A DNA stretch of 64,000 nucleotides. Source: Rhynchobatus australiae (taxonomy: Eukaryota). Position 1 is the first letter of the stretch, and every line of letters starts with the position of its first letter. This document shows, piece by piece, positions 63,423-64,000 of the stretch. The stretch is taken from assembly GCA_034780895.1 (NCBI GenBank), contig JAUZTB010000118.1, positions 71,080,604 through 71,144,603 on the forward strand, written 5' to 3'. A program made the position numbers and the translations under genes. The notes beneath the pieces are model-generated. The model was not told where the DNA came from, did not search any database, and was given only the letters and a program-made list of their open reading frames with translations.

Positions 63423-64000
63423 ACCCAAAATGCTAATGGAAAAGCTGCACAATCTAGCTTTTGTGAATAACCTGTATAAGAATATACTGTAAAAACATGC
63501 ACTTGCACCCAACAAACTAATATCCTGGCTTTAAAAAACTGTCCGCAAAAATAGTACCTAAGATGAAGAAAATTCAAGAATTCCATTTATTGACAGCCAA
63601 GCATAAAATGAGGTTTGCAATCTATTCTAACAAGAATCTAACTGCTACTTCTGCTTCTGCCACAGGAGGAAATAATCTATATCATTTCGAAAAGCAACAT
63701 CAAATTTATTATAGATGCAAGCTGTCAATGGCATCATCTACAGCGATTTTTTTTCCTTGGGAAAGGCAAGCTGTCAAGCTGCTATTCTGACGTCCATTTA
63801 CATCATTCAATGACATCTGGCAGCAGTGAAAGGCCACAGAAAACTGCTTATTGATTAGAAAAAAACTATTTGAGCTTGCAGACGAGGTGATATGATAGGG
63901 ATACCATGACAGAAAGGGTGATGACATTATGCTTGGCTGTACACAAGAGTTTAATGGAACACAACTTCATTATCCCATGCCTCCAGTTTTTGAATCACTT

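Noticed and set aside
63014-63586. 190-aa minus-strand ORF as a host gene
   Set aside because: It is CR1 ORF2 linker sequence fused by chance to flanking intron sequence.

Overview
AT-rich, CpG-poor vertebrate genomic DNA from a gapped draft assembly. The repeat content (HE1-like V-SINEs, Deu-domain SINEs, many CR1 LINEs, palindromic Penelope-type hairpins) suggests a cartilaginous fish, probably a ray or shark; this is inference. The window appears to lie entirely inside the minus-strand gene SNX24 (sorting nexin 24). Two PX-domain coding exons are present (26958-27041, 84 nt; 24753-24857, 105 nt), with GT-AG sites. I did not find exon 1 or exon 4 onwards. The rest is intron filled with decayed CR1, L2, Rex1-like and RTE LINEs and several SINE families. 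It also holds at least two PIF/Harbinger transposon fossils that keep both the DDE transposase and the convergent Myb/SANT gene, plus several candidate conserved enhancers. I see no intact novel protein-coding system. The most interesting signals are: (1) a short palindromic element family carrying a hammerhead-ribozyme-like core, with one copy flanked by a clean 9-bp target-site duplication; (2) an LF-SINE-like element in intron 2; (3) a V-SINE whose tail matches the Rex1-like LINE rather than CR1; (4) inverted SINEs bracketing a stop-free 189-nt exon pair, a circRNA candidate. All family assignments come from recalled consensus motifs, not database searches, and repeat boundaries are approximate.
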